Under the pieces are notes generated by a model, which was not told the origin of the DNA, made no database searches, and saw only the letters and a program-made list of their open reading frames with translations. Positions 24,869-39,520 of a stretch of 64,000 bases of DNA are shown here, one piece after another. The DNA comes from Octopus sinensis (Eukaryota). Every line of letters starts with the position of its first letter. The stretch's first letter is position 1. The stretch lies in contig NC_043004.1 in NCBI RefSeq assembly GCF_006345805.1, forward strand, positions 10,540,001-10,604,000, written 5' to 3'. A program made the translations under genes and the position numbers.

Positions 24869-24922
<54 letters not shown>

Positions 24923-25899
24923 TAGATGGAAACCGATATGCTAGAAATAGATCCGCTATGGTCTTACCACTAAGAAATGTTCTCAAGAAAAATTTAGTAA
25001 AACAACCAAAACGTAATAGAGCAAGACAAAAGAAAAATAAAAAAAAGTATGGTTTATTCACATACATGTTTCACTATTAACATATTACGTAATTTTACTT
25101 ACGTAAATGTCCGTTCATCATCGGTGTGACCGTCCAGGATGAATATAATTTGCAGGACTGCATACTAGGACGTCCGCACACAGTCAGATTTGTAAACAGT
25201 TCTACCCTTTACACTCGTGGTTACTATTTCAAATGTCCTCGTTTTGGCGCGCTAAATTACCGGAAAAAATTATTCTGCAGAAAATACTTTACTGCAGTGG
25301 CCTTTGCCGGTTAGAGAACGTATTAATTTAAATTTAAATTTAAACTGAGGGTGAGAAATTAGATATCAATTTTAATTAACATCGATTTCACACCAGTGGT
25401 CTAGCATTGGCTTGGTATCTTAAAGACAACAATAAGGATTTTAAGTTAGATTGGTTCATCCTGTCCATCTCTTTCCCTAATGACAAGGGCAAAGGGTTTT
25501 GTAACATTTGCAACTCTGAACTCTTCCATATTCTCTTCTCTAAGAAGAGAATATGGAAGAGTTATAGAGCGATCTTACAAATGTAAGCACTGGCAGAAAC
25601 ATACCTTTAGCTCATATAAATGATTTATACCAGTCTGTATAGTTTGAAGATTTAGTTCACCTTGCACTTTACTTTAATAGAGAAATCTACTTCCAAGCCT
25701 TTGAACATTTTTTCAACTAATATATCCCTCTTTATTTGTTCTCTACTTATTATATCTTTACCCCTTCTCTTCCTAGGTTCTGCCTTTGACGTCAGATCTA
25801 TTAACGATTTAAAAAAAAAATACTTAATAGCGTTTTGTTTATCATTTATGCAGTCATCAAAATTGTTATAATGTCTTGTTGATGAGATAGGTTCTCTTT

Positions 25900-25985
25900 C
25901 TTTCCTTATGAGAAGATTACACTATTTTACACCGTTTATTCCTTTGGAATAAAACCAATACTATCTTCGAAACATATGTCGCAAG
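25900..25985 (+). ncRNA. Type I hammerhead-like motif (family 1)
   Basis: CUUUC-CUUAUGA-GAAGAU...AUCUUC-GAAAC-AUAU-GUC-GCAAG; GUC cleavage triplet, G5 changed to U. Confidence 0.6.
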
Positions 25986-26178
25986 TAAAAGAATTTGAAT
26001 AACACCTGCGTTCTACTCCATTAATTTACTTATACTATACAAATTACTGCACATTAACCTTGAGTTTCTACCATTAAATAGGTCGCTACATCCTTGTTCT
26101 TTGCGTGAATTTTGCTATCCTGATAACTGTTTATTAAATTTTCCATGTTAACTGTAAACAAAAGATAATTCATTCATG

Positions 26179-26213
<35 letters not shown>

Positions 26214-26675
26214 GTACAGGTACCGAGAATGCGTTCGTTGCACGGTTGTCATCCTCTACAACATTGCATACATTGATTAGTGATACAAATGTCTCACCAG
26301 AGTATAGCTCATTGTATGGAGCGGCCGTCATAAATTTCTAACAATAGCGTATGTTAATTATGTTCCAGCCCTGCATTAAAATTTCTGTATGGTTTCCCAC
26401 GCAAAAGACAAGGACGTTTCTTTTTACTGTTAGAATACGAAGAAGGCAGTACAACTGTTGGTGCATGTGTGCGTGTCGGAGTGTGTGTGTGAGTGTATAT
26501 CTGTTTGCAGAGCAATTACTCTTACCTTTTCATTATGAAGATTTCATGAATTCCCGTAACAATTAATAATATAAATGGATGCTTAATCTCGAATCCGCTC
26601 ACCTCCGCCATACTCCTTTATATGTAAATATATACATACATACATACATACGTGCATACATACATACATTATACA

Positions 26676-26721
<46 letters not shown>

Positions 26722-26878
26722 TACACATATATATATGCATATAGATGTTCACACGCAAACACACACACATACAGCGCGCACACACACACATACACACACA
26801 CGTATGCATATAAAATTGGGAGCGAGCATGCGTTTGTGAGACAACTGTTAATCAGTTATTAAATTCGTACCAAGTTAC

Positions 26879-26914
<36 letters not shown>

Positions 26915-27032
26915 ACAGACGGAGCACGCACGTATATACGCACCTTCACGCGCACAAACGCGCATAAAATCTCGTGTGCAGACACATATAACTAGTTTGC
27001 CTGTATATGTCTGTGTGTGTTAGTGTGTGTGT

Positions 27033-27097
<65 letters not shown>

Positions 27098-27348
27098 TGC
27101 GTGCGCATGCTATCTGTGTCTTGTGTGTGACGAAACATTTATTAATGGATTCTAACTCCCTATCATCAGTGTGGCACTATAAACGCATAAATACACATAT
27201 TAGCGCTTATGAAATGCCCTGTCTCTCTGTTAAGCACATTCATACACACGCATACGTAGAAATCTGTATGTTCTATGTTTCTATGTGCGTGTTGGTATCA
27301 TTAAATTCATACATACACGCATAATATATATATATATATATATAATAT

Positions 27349-27384
<36 letters not shown>

Positions 27385-27983
27385 CATATGTGTTTGTGTA
27401 CATATATTTACATGCGTATTTGGTATGTATATATCGTACATACAGTGTATATTCATTTCATCGTGTATCTTGAAATAATTCTATTTACATGGTCACGTGT
27501 TCGCCTTTATACAGAGAGTACGTCACAGATATCGTGAAACATATTGTATAGAGAGAGAGAGAGAGAAAGAGAGAGAGGAGGGGGCAGGTATTAGCATATA
27601 TGTCGGTATTTGTCTGTCTATTGATCTACCGATTAACCGATCTGTATGTGTGCATGTTTGTATGAGAGTTGTATCCAATCGCGAAGTAATATTGTAAATG
27701 GAATGCAATACTTGGAAGGACGACGATATCACCTCGTTGCATCAGGGAATAAGATTTAGCATCGGAAATCCTCTCCGTTATACTCGTTCTTCGACTCCTC
27801 TTGATGTTTCATCAACCTCTTCCTCCCCTTCTTTCTTCTTCTTCTTCTTCTTTTTTCTCCTCCTTCTCCTCCTCCCCCTCATCATCATCATCATCATCAT
27901 CAACCTTATAGTCGTCGTCTTCATCATAATTCTCAACATCCTCATCGTCGTCGTCCCCTTCCTTTCCATCGTCGTCGTCGTCG

Positions 27984-28073
<90 letters not shown>

Positions 28074-28159
28074 CAGACGTCGACGTTCTTATTCAAACCC
28101 TACATTTTTTCCTGCAGCATCTAGAACTTGGCTTATACTTACATTCACATCCAAAATGA

Positions 28160-29040
28160 ATTATGAATTGCATTGATCCTTCCAATCTTACAGACATTTG
28201 CTTTTATGTAAGAATGTGCCAGAGGAAACAGAAGTATAGATACACAATTGCCCTGGAATATTCAAGTATTATTTTCGATAAACTGTATCAGATTGCTGGA
28301 CGACTTCCTTTGTATTTCGTACCATCTTAGCGTTCCATAATGGCAAGGTACATTTCAAGAATCTTAGAATCCGACAGTACAGTCAACCAATATTTTTACC
28401 AAGTGCTTCTAGTTATTCATCTCGAGCGAACAACATGGGATCTTCAATGTTGTTGATTGTCACTACACAACTTTGGAGTATTTCAGGCCCTAATCTGTTG
28501 GGGCTATGTGATTTTTGAACGCACCGAGGAGCTGTCAGTGGATATATTCTCTTTTGCAGCAGTTGACCCTGTGTCTAACACGACCCATCATGTGAAATGT
28601 TGACACCTCCTTCGGGTTTGTTGTCCTACATCACTCATAAAGTAAATTTGGAGGAACTGTGGTTGTTCATTTGTGGGTAACAGGGAACCAATGAGGTGAT
28701 AGACTTGCCCTTGAACTTTGACGTCGCCATTTGCAGAGTTGTATTGTTCAGAAAATCCTTTGACTGGATGGAAATGCCTTCTAGAAGATTCATAAGAGGT
28801 TTAGAAGGAACTGGTAGTGCTGGCAATGTTACATGATCGCTTGAGTAGCACATACCATTTGTTTCATTTGAAAATTTTAAAGCTCTACAGAAAAGATTTG
28901 TGTTTAGCACGCCAATTTGGAGAGAATTATTATTTTTATAAGAAGGCAATGGATCATATCCGAAAACATTGATTTGATGACCCAGCATTAAGTACTGCTA
29001 CATGCATTTGCTGTACTATTGCAAGCAGTTGTATCCGTAA
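28160..29040 (-). mobile_element. Degraded Helitron RepHel N-terminal region
   Basis: ORF 28635-28988: FGYDP..Y....LQIG......CRALKFSNETNGMC.SS.HVTLPAL; a shifted frame continues FKVQGQVYHLIGSLLPTNEQPQFLQIYF, a typical Helitron RepHel motif. Confidence 0.8.
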
Positions 29041-29639
29041 GAAATTTATTTGAAGAAAGCAGAAATTGAAAGAAAAGAAAGCGAAAAGAACTGAAAAAGA
29101 AAGTGAAAGATGTATGTACGTCTATATAAAATGGACGTGTGTGTGTGTGCGTGCGTGCGTGCGTTCTTGCGCGTGTGTATGTGAGAGAAAAAGAGGGCGA
29201 GAGTGACATCATCATATTATAATTTTTACGATAGTTGATTTATGGAAAAGATTATGGAAAATGCAAATATGTGAATGGAAATTAAGTTTAATTTGTATCC
29301 AAAATAGTACTGAATCTTTTGATACCCCATACGTCAAAATCTGTAACTCGTTTTCGGAAAGTATAAGGAATATATAATATCAATGAGGCAGACCACTGCA
29401 TGGTAGCCAGATCTGGTAGAAATAGTAGCCAAATCTCTCTCAAAACACCCTACTGTCTTAATCTGACAATTCTGCCTATTATGTAGTTTGAATGAGAAAC
29501 TGTAACTATAGATTATTAACCCCAGAGAGAGAGAGGAAAGAAGAGAGACAGCATAGCGACGGTTTTGGCTGACTGTCATCCTTTACTCCCCTTGCTGCTA
29601 GCGAAATGGTATGTGCCGGCTGTGTGAGCAACTGGTTGC

Positions 29640-29835
29640 TTTAATGGCAGAACAAACAGTACAATAAAGATTACAAAAATAGCGATTCTCACTTTGAAAC
29701 TAAAGATTTTGAAAATCTTTTTAGATTACAGAATGTTCAACTCTCTCATATATGCATGTTTAAAATTTCAGCACGATCGGATGAACAATACTCGAGTTAT
29801 AAGCGCACAAACAGACAGAGGCAGAACAGAATTTT

Positions 29836-29850
<15 letters not shown>
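29640..29850 (-). mobile_element. Possible Helitron 5' terminal region
   Basis: Minus strand ATATATATAAAAATTCTG...TCTGTTTGTGCGCTTATAACTCGAG...CCGATCGTGCTGAAATTT resembles non-autonomous Helitron 5' ends; lies upstream of the RepHel relic on the same strand. Confidence 0.4.
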
Positions 29851-29880
<30 letters not shown>

Positions 29881-30399
29881 GTGTGTGTGTGTGTGGTGTG
29901 TGTGTGCGCGCACGTGTATTTGTGTGTGTGTGGCATGTATAATTTTTCGTATTTATGTGCATTGTGTTATATTGCACTGATGGTGGAAAGTGGGATCCCC
30001 CATAATCCTGAAACCAATGATATGTAATTTAAACTTTTCATGAATCTTTCGTTTATTCCCCCCGATTTCGGCAGAGATATATGCATATGTACAATTTATG
30101 TTTGTGTATGTATACATATATTTATATAAGTATGTATGTACATATATAAATGTAAATATATATATATATGTGTATGTATACGTATGTATACATGCATTCA
30201 TATATAAATGCATATATAAATTCATATATGCACACATATTGATCTTGAGATATCTGAAGGACGGGTCCGTCATACGAGGCCACGAAATAGTAAGTAATAT
30301 GAATCTAAGCTAACTGTTATTAAAATATATGTTATCCTATCAAATGTCTTGAGTGCAACGTCGTTTCGTTTTTGCAGACCATTAACTCGTGTATTTGTA

Positions 30400-30409
30400 A
30401 ACACTCACA

Positions 30410-30465
<56 letters not shown>

Positions 30466-30563
30466 AACACCTATATTTGTATGCATGTGCTGATTCCACA
30501 AACACACATGCATGTGCGCATGTGTACGTATGTATACATACATACACACACATATATATATAC

Positions 30564-30626
<63 letters not shown>

Positions 30627-30708
30627 CATACACATACACATACACACATACACACACATATATATATATATACATATACATGCACACACACACACACACA
30701 CACACACA

Positions 30709-30777
<69 letters not shown>

Positions 30778-30832
30778 CATACACATACACATACACACAT
30801 ACACACACATATATATATATATACATATACAT

Positions 30833-30865
<33 letters not shown>

Positions 30866-30920
30866 TATATATATAATATATATATATATATTATATATAT
30901 ATAATATATAAATATATATA
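30400..30920. repeat. (CA)n/(TA)n compound microsatellite with a ~151-bp internal duplication
   Basis: Same interrupted block begins at 30621 and 30772. Confidence 0.85.
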
Positions 30921-31358
30921 CGCACGTGTTTGTGCGTATGCTAAACAACAAAGACAAGAAATAACCAAGCACCAGGTGTCCTCTTTAAAACAAGCTGAAA
31001 AATTGAATTAATTAAATACGCTTTTAATTATATTAATTTCTTGGTTTGTGGGTGAGGGAAGGATTGACATATTATTCTTTTGAAGAATTTCAAACAACTG
31101 GTATATGTGCTACGTTGTGTGGCGAAGGATTAATGACACAGGTGTTCCGATGCAGGTCAAATAGCTTAAGTGGTGTTACTTCACATACACAGCATTTCAT
31201 TTACGGAATGGATACATTTCTGTTAGACGACGAAACACAAATAAATGGTTTGCGTATCGTAGCCTGTGGCCGTGCGGTTATGAAGTTTGTTTCACACCTG
31301 CATGATTCCAATTTCGATCAACAGCATGGTGCATCATATATTTTTACCATTAGTTTTT

Positions 31359-31592
31359 TTTACTTGTTTCAGTCATTTAAATGCGGCCAGGTTGGAGCAC
31401 CACCTTAAGGGGTTTTAGTAAAAGAAATTGACCGCAGATCTTATACTTTGTAACCCTAGTACTTATTCTATCGGTCTCTTTTGCCGAACCGCTAGATTAC
31501 GAGGGCGTAAACACATCAAACATCGGTCGTCAAGCGGTGGTGGGGAGACAAACAGACACAATGGTACACACAAATAAATATAAATATAATAT

Positions 31593-31636
<44 letters not shown>

Positions 31637-32165
31637 TATATATATATATATATATATATAAACTCCTTACTCTTTTTACTCTTTTGCTTGTTTCTGTCAT
31701 TTGACTGCGGCCATGCTGGAGCACCGCCTTTAGTCGAGCAAATCGACGCCAGGACTTATTCTTTGTAAGCCTAGTACTTATTCTATCGGTCTCTTTTGCC
31801 GAACCGCTAAGTTACGGGGACGTAAACACACCATCATCGCTTGTCAAGCGATGTTGGGGGGGGGACAGACACAGACACAAACAAATACACACACACGTAC
31901 ATATACGACAGGCTTCTTACAGTTTCCGTCTACCAAATACACTCACAAGGCTGTGGTCGGCCCGAGACTATAGTAGAAGACACTTGCCCAAGGTGCCACG
32001 CAGTAGGACTGAACCCGGAACCGTGTGGTTGGTTAGCAAGCTACGTACCACACAGCCACTCCTGCGCAACCCGAGGCTATAGCAGAAGACACTTGCCCAA
32101 GGTCCTACGTCAGTAGGACTGAACCCGGAGCTATGTGGTTGAGAAGCAAGCTTCTTGCCACACAG
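31359..32165 (-). mobile_element. Nested family A SINEs: a young copy (~31665-32065) inside an older copy
   Basis: Older tail at 31359-31560 and older partial head at 32066-32165 flank a complete young copy. Confidence 0.7.
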
Positions 32166-32469
32166 TAATTTTTGCGTTTGTTGTTATTTTAGTTTTTTTT
32201 TTTTTTTTGCGGAAACATGACTTTATCCAGGATTTATTTTTCAAACTGAGCAGATAGAGACTCATCAGAATGTATCTCTCCGGGTAGATTTTAGTTGTGT
32301 TTGGGTAGCAGATTTAATCCTTCGTCTGCTTTCTTTTAAGACAAGTCCTGCCACATGCAAACCATTAGTGAAAACCAGTGGTCCTAAATCGATATCCATA
32401 TGACCCTTGAGGATCTATATAACATCTGGTTCTTAAAATTGATGTGCTATAAATTCGCTCAGCTTCTAC

Positions 32470-33312
32470 AATCTTTTACTTGTTTTAGTTATTTGACTGC
32501 GGCCATGCTGGGGCACCGACTTGAAAATTTTTAGTCGAATGTATCGACCCCAGTACTTGATATTTTTGCTAAGACTGGTACTTATTCTATCGATCACTTT
32601 TTCCAAAGCGCTAAGTTACAGGGACGTAAATATACCATCACCGGTTGTAAAGCGGTGGTGGTGGACAGACACAACCACACACACACACACACACACACTC
32701 AATACATACATACATGTAACACTGTACAACCTGTTGCATGGTCGGGTCGTCGGCGACTAATCTGGCAACCCCATCAAAGCTTGCTTGGTGAGGAGGGTGA
32801 TTGTAGGACATGCTGCAGGGCGAAAAATAAGACCTGTCAAAGGGCGGAAGAGCTCATGAGCAGTCAACGGGTATCATATAGTATGTATGTATGTATGTAT
32901 GTATGTATGCGCAGAGACGTGAAAGTACCTGGGTCGGTGTACAGGTGCGCAGTTGCTCCCCACCATGTTCAGAGAGTGGGATTGGATTTGTGCAAATCCT
33001 TTCGCTATTATAGAAAAATCTTCATGCACAAGCATTGCTTGAAAAAAAGTAAGACCTATCACAAAAATGGCTGGTCCTAGCTTTTGCATATTTGGAACTT
33101 TCCATCAGGCAATGGCAATATTAGAACACGAGTTTGGAGCTATCATTACATATATACGAGGGGCTTCTTCCAGTTTCCCTCTCCCAAATTCCCTCACGGG
33201 GTGTTGGTGGGCCCGAAGCTATAGTAGAAGACATTTGCCCAAGGTACCACGCAGTAGGATTGAACCAGAAACCATGTGGTTGGGAAACAAGCTTCATACC
33301 ACACAGCCACGC
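32470..33312 (-). mobile_element. Old family A SINE split at its microsatellite by ~450 bp of unrelated sequence
   Basis: Tail half at 32470-32690 and head half at 33150-33312, same orientation. Confidence 0.65.
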
Positions 33313-33858
33313 CAAAATGTTTTAACGAATGTTTTATACAATTCCTAATAATAATTATAATTTTATCAAAGTTTACGTATTTGTTTTGCAAGATTCCTGA
33401 TGTGTAATAGCGTATTGAAATAGATATTAAATTTGGGGATAGCCATATTTTTTTATTAACAGCATGCTCCATATATTCGTTCTTCACTTTACCAAATATG
33501 ACAAAAATTATAAAAATACTATAGAATTTTCTAAACCTGTAATAGTTGTGGGGGTCCACCCGCATAAAGTAGGAATCAGAAGATTTCATAGGTAAAAAAA
33601 TGGTTGAGAAGCATTGGTGTAGACCGTTCTGTTACATGCAGACAGGATACATCTTTTGCCTTTTGGTTTAAGCTGATTGTTACAATTGTAATCACGTCTC
33701 TTAAAATCATCGAAATTTGAAAAAATCCTGAGCGATGTTCCTGTTTTACGGGCGAGACGTAAACTTACCGTTGGAATATAAACATACTCACAGCATTATG
33801 CTAGGACACACACACACCAGAAATCACACACACACGCAAACATGCAGTCACACACACA

Positions 33859-33897
<39 letters not shown>

Positions 33898-34116
33898 TAA
33901 CAATAGTATTGTTTGGAAAGGTCAATTATATCAGATGATGGGTTACGTAGAATTTTTATTCGAGATTATGAAGTTTTTCAATTTCAATTAATACACTCCA
34001 CTCTACGTTCGGTGTTCAAGTGCTATTCTCTCCACCTTGCTTTGCACTTGTGCGTGCATGAATGTATACACGCGCACACACACACACACACACACACATA
34101 CACACACACACACACA

Positions 34117-34178
<62 letters not shown>

Positions 34179-34200
34179 TGTTTGTTTATGTATGTATGTG

Positions 34201-34500
34201 TGGAAGCGCAATGGTCCAGTGGTTAGGGTAGCGGACTCGCGGTCGTAGGATCGCGGTTTCGATTGCCAGACTGGGCGTTGTGAGTGTTTATTGAGCCAAA
34301 ACACCTGAAGCTCCACGAGGGCCCGGCAGGGGATGGTGGCGATCCCTGCTGTACTCTTTCGCTTCAACTTTCTCTCACTCTTTCTTTTGTTGTCCTGCTC
34401 GCTTAGCCAGCGGGGTGGCGTCATTTAAATGCTAAAACAATGCGACGCGCCTTTGACCAGTGATGTATAGCAACACCTGATAGCCTGGTCGGTCACGGTG
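34201..34500 (+). mobile_element. SINE family C
   Basis: Head matches 4101; different 3' tail, shared with 45472. Confidence 0.85.
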
Positions 34501-34531
34501 ATGTATGTATGTATACATATATATTTATATA

Positions 34532-34613
<82 letters not shown>

Positions 34614-34619
34614 ATTCGT

Positions 34620-34810
34620 TAGCTATGCACGCATTTTTTCTCTCCTTCTTTCTGTGTTTTTCTCTCTCTGTGTATCTTTCTGTTGAAGAGCGTAGGCTCG
34701 AAACGTTATAGACTTGTTTTAATTATATTTCCTGAGCGCCATACTAATACAATTGTTCGTTTGTCTTCCACCTGCCTTCGTCTTTTGTTTATTTTCATAA
34801 AGCTTCCGTT
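34620..34810 (+). repeat. Dispersed ~190-bp repeat with a hammerhead-like motif (family 2); homologues at ~44715-44900 (-) and ~47240-47360 (+)
   Basis: Shared GAAGAGC...GC(A)TCGAAACGT and downstream CACCT(G/C)...TTCGTCTTTTG segments; each copy abuts a (TA)n tract. Confidence 0.75.
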
Positions 34811-34839
34811 ATATATAAGTATATATATGTATTTATAAG

Positions 34840-34918
<79 letters not shown>

Positions 34919-35044
34919 TATATATATATAATATATATGTATATATAAGTATATATATATATATATATATAGTATATATATATATATATATATATAAGTA
35001 TATATAATATGTATATATAAGTATATATATATATGTATATATAA

Positions 35045-35083
<39 letters not shown>

Positions 35084-35150
35084 TATATATATATATGTAT
35101 ATATAAGTATATATATGTATATAAAGTATATATATATATATATATAAGTA

Positions 35151-35190
<40 letters not shown>
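34810..35190. repeat. Long interrupted (TA)n tract with recurring TAAG interruptions
   Basis: Directly visible. Confidence 0.95.
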
Positions 35191-35214
<24 letters not shown>

Positions 35215-36784
35215 AGATATATAGATAAATAGATAGATATACATATATATACACGTAAACACCCATAAAGAAAAGTAGATGTGTATTTATATATAAATAT
35301 ATATATAGACATACTTTTACACATATACACAAAATTATCCAAATAGAAAAACACTTACTCATTTGTAAATCTAATATTAACGCACTTACATATTATAAGC
35401 GCAGGGACCTACAAATACAGAATTAATAATCGTATAAGCATACGACAATAACAACATGAAACGTGGCTTTATGTCCAACTGGGTCTCCACATTTGTATTC
35501 GCATTCAAATGTACATTTTGTATTTGATATTCTGTTTGATTAGTCGTAAACTTTTATTCATGTTTGAATACAAGCTCAAACAATAATATATTTAATATAT
35601 TAGTCAAACTTACAAATCGTTATTTTACTACAACTAGATTTACTTACGATGGTTTGTCAGTACAAAGAAATTTTAATACATTAAAATCTGTATGTGGTAA
35701 TGTAGTCCGCGAAAAATAGCAGCCAAAATGTTCTCAAATTGTTTGTAGAAGGAGCACATTGGATAACGTAGACCGAGGTATATTATGTCTGTTTAAAGCA
35801 CTAGAATATTCCTTAGTTGCACCAAGGCCGGGATCTTTAACTTTTGACCGACAGGTTAAAAAAAATATTTTTTTGTTACTAAACACTTTCAAACTTCGGA
35901 CACTGCTAGAATGTGTCATATAAAACATGTTTTACTCTTAGCATTTTTGAGAAAAACTCATATTTACGAAGTTTTTTCACGTTAAAGTTCTCGTATTTCG
36001 GTACTTTCAATCAATCAATGACGTGTGTTCAGCTGTATAAAGTTACTGCTGTTGTTTGTCAACAAGAACTTCCGGCCGTACTGTTACTAGCAAATATTAT
36101 CCGTGATAAACAAGTGATATAACAGAAATAGCAACAGTACCTGCAGGAATAACAATGGCAACATAATATAATGGGAAGAAGTTTTCTCGATTAGAACGCG
36201 AGATCTCATAGTGACATCGAGATTTTGAAATTAAATGAAAAATTATACTGCCTTTGTTTACGCTCGTTTAAAACCTACATATAAAAGTTACATAGCAAAT
36301 ATTCAATTACTTCTGCCTTTTCCAGATTCTTCAGTTAGCTATAGATGCAGGCGCGCGAACAGATGTATGTGTTCATATAAAATATAACGCACGCTCACAC
36401 TCTCATAAGCACTTTTACACACATTACACATTCGGCCATGGAAAGACATTTTTACAGAGATGGATCGTATGCAAACATATATGTATAGCATAGAGTCACA
36501 TGCAGACTCATCTAAAACGATGCAAACGCTGCGAGAATTAATAATCTAGATATACATGGCATCGAAACACATATGTACAACATATGTACAAGAGCTCAGA
36601 AATAGCAATGATACGCAAGTGTACGCATATCTAATATATATATATATATACATATATATAGCAGGCATTTAAACATAAATATATGCTTACATAGACTCAA
36701 TCCAGTATGCTATATTCATACATACAGATATACTCACACATAATTATATACACATATTAAATGAATGCATATATATGAATATAT

Positions 36785-36822
<38 letters not shown>

Positions 36823-37426
36823 TCTCTATACATACATACGTACGTACATGCAAACATACATATATACATACATACATACATAAATACATACATACATAAA
36901 TATATACATTTCTCAAAATCATGAAACTCGCACGCACAATGTAAAAGCCCACGTTTGATGCAGGTACGAGGAAGTGCAACACCGCCACCGCCACCGTCAC
37001 CGCCGCCGGCACGACCACCACCACCACGACCACGACCACCATCACCACGACCACCACCACGACCACCACCACCACCACCACCGCCGCCGCCGCCGCCGCC
37101 ACCGCCGCCGCCGCCATGATTACCACTATTTCTGCGTGACGCATATACCATATACAGTTAGCAAATTAACCAATACCAGTCCACTCTTTTACAGCATGAC
37201 CACAAACCACTCTGACCACCACCACCATCACTATCACGACCATTAGCGGTGTTTGTATATATATACATACATATAGACCTACATCCACACACTCACATAC
37301 ACACATACACTTCTATAACGCAATAGACACATACATACACAGATACGTGTACACACACACACACAGATATATATGTGTGTGCATGGGTATTATGAAAGAA
37401 TGTATATGCATATATATATATATATA

Positions 37427-37468
<42 letters not shown>

Positions 37469-38027
37469 TACATATATATGCACATATATATATATATGCA
37501 TATATATATATACATATATATATATATATGTGTGTATGTCATTAATATCACTATTAGCAACGGCTCAGGCAAGCACCACAACTGCCGCTAACAGCGCCAC
37601 CATGGTCACCACTGCAGTAACTACCGAAACTATAATAACTACTACACTTGGTAACGCCCATCACCATCTGCCTTCCTCCCTGCGCCATCACCACCACCAG
37701 CACCACCAACAGCACCATCACCACATAGTATCGTACCTTATCCATCGCCGTCTACCTCTTTTACAAACCATATACTCTAATCGGAGAAACACACTTCTGC
37801 TTACAGATAGATACAAGCATTATACTCGCTTTCACAGACGCAATTCATCACTGAAGCACACGAGGTGCAGCAGTGAAACTGAGGCAATATAATGTGTTTC
37901 GAAGCGCTGCAATAAATGTTCGTTAATTAATTAATCAGATTATTCATCAAAGTGTAGACTTTCAAGATTGATGTACAGCAAGTGTTTGCAACAGCCCGTG
38001 CGGATATTATTGCAGCAGTAGCAGTGC

Positions 38028-38117
<90 letters not shown>
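38028..38117. repeat. (TAG)n, ~30 perfect units
   Basis: Directly visible. Confidence 0.95.
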
Positions 38118-38559
38118 CAGCAACTATAATGCTGTGAAGATCGGCAACCAAAATGAGATTAGTAATAATAATAATAAAATAACTAGTTTCTTACTGAGGC
38201 ATAAGGTTTGAAATTTGCGGGAGATTAATAGTCGATGATATCGATCTCTGTACTTGACTGGTATACGCAATCTTACCGCCCCGGAAGATTGAGAGTAAAG
38301 TTGATGCCTGTTGAATTTGAACCAAGAATGTATGTTGCAGGATGAAATACTGAAGGCATTTTGTTAGCTGGTCTAATGATTCTACCGAGTTGCAGGCTTT
38401 ATAATTCTAACATAGTTAGAAGGCCACGATTTTCTTTTGTAGAGTGATGTCTTACTTGATCAGTACCTAACTGGAGTTTTATTTTAACCATCACCAAAGG
38501 ACGAAAGCCAATGTTGTTCAGCAGGATTTAATCTCAGAAGGCAAAACGAGCATTCCTCA

Positions 38560-39520
38560 ATGTATTCCGTCGGAAAGAGGTCAGTGTCTCTTATAACGTA
38601 CCTCTGCCGTATTCTCTTTCCCTCAAACCAAACGATATTCAATATCTTCCTCTTATTGTTCATGCTAGCAAATCTTGTCCCTCAACCAATTATTACTTCT
38701 TTGTATGCATCTAAATGTTCCTGAATCTCATGATTTCTACGTCTAATTGAGTCTTCTTCTGGATCTTGCATCTGCTTTAGCTTAGGATTGTATATTTTTC
38801 CCTTGTTTTTCACCTCTTTCAGCTACAGCCATTAACAGCTAGTCACCCTTCTTTTGTCTTCAATACTTGAGGTACTCCTTAGATTACAAGTAACCGATTC
38901 CTGAAGAAGATACAATGTCTTCCGTCTGCCCTTGGAACTCTGGCAAGTAAAGCTTTGGAAAATATACCTTTTTTACCTGATTTTTGTTGTTGGTATTCTC
39001 CTTCCTATCGTCAGTCACACTTTTTCCATTCCTCTTCTACTTCATAAGCATCATTGGAAAAAACCTTCAAATAGCTGCTATTCCCACATGTATAGCAGCT
39101 AGGTTTTCTGCCTTGTATCAACAGGTAGAATGCTTTCATTTCCGCACCTACAACAAGGTGACTACATAAAAAGTATCTGTTCGTCTGAGGGTTCTGTGGG
39201 AGTTATATGCCCTGAACAGATCCTATACGCGAATATATTATTCTATCTCGACTTCGTGCTCACGAACTATTCATGCTGTAATGCAAAGATGAAGAGGTGC
39301 CACAGATCAACACTAATACCAATTAATACTGGAGTCTCTGTTTATTTCATTTCTCTAAAAATTGCAACCCAAACTGAGGCCCAATATGTGCCTACTTGTT
39401 GCTTCGCCTTCTCTCTGATCTTAAAGATCAATCACACACTTTCATACGCCCTAACCCCGTCATCCTTTCTCATGTCTCAACGCAATCTACAGGCAAGAAG
39501 GCTGTGGCACATGTAACATA
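38560..39520 (-). mobile_element. Possible degraded LINE ORF1 with a zinc-knuckle remnant
   Basis: Minus strand reads QGRKPSCYTCGNSSYLKVF, resembling CX2CX4HX4C with the H and last C lost; many stops. Confidence 0.3.
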
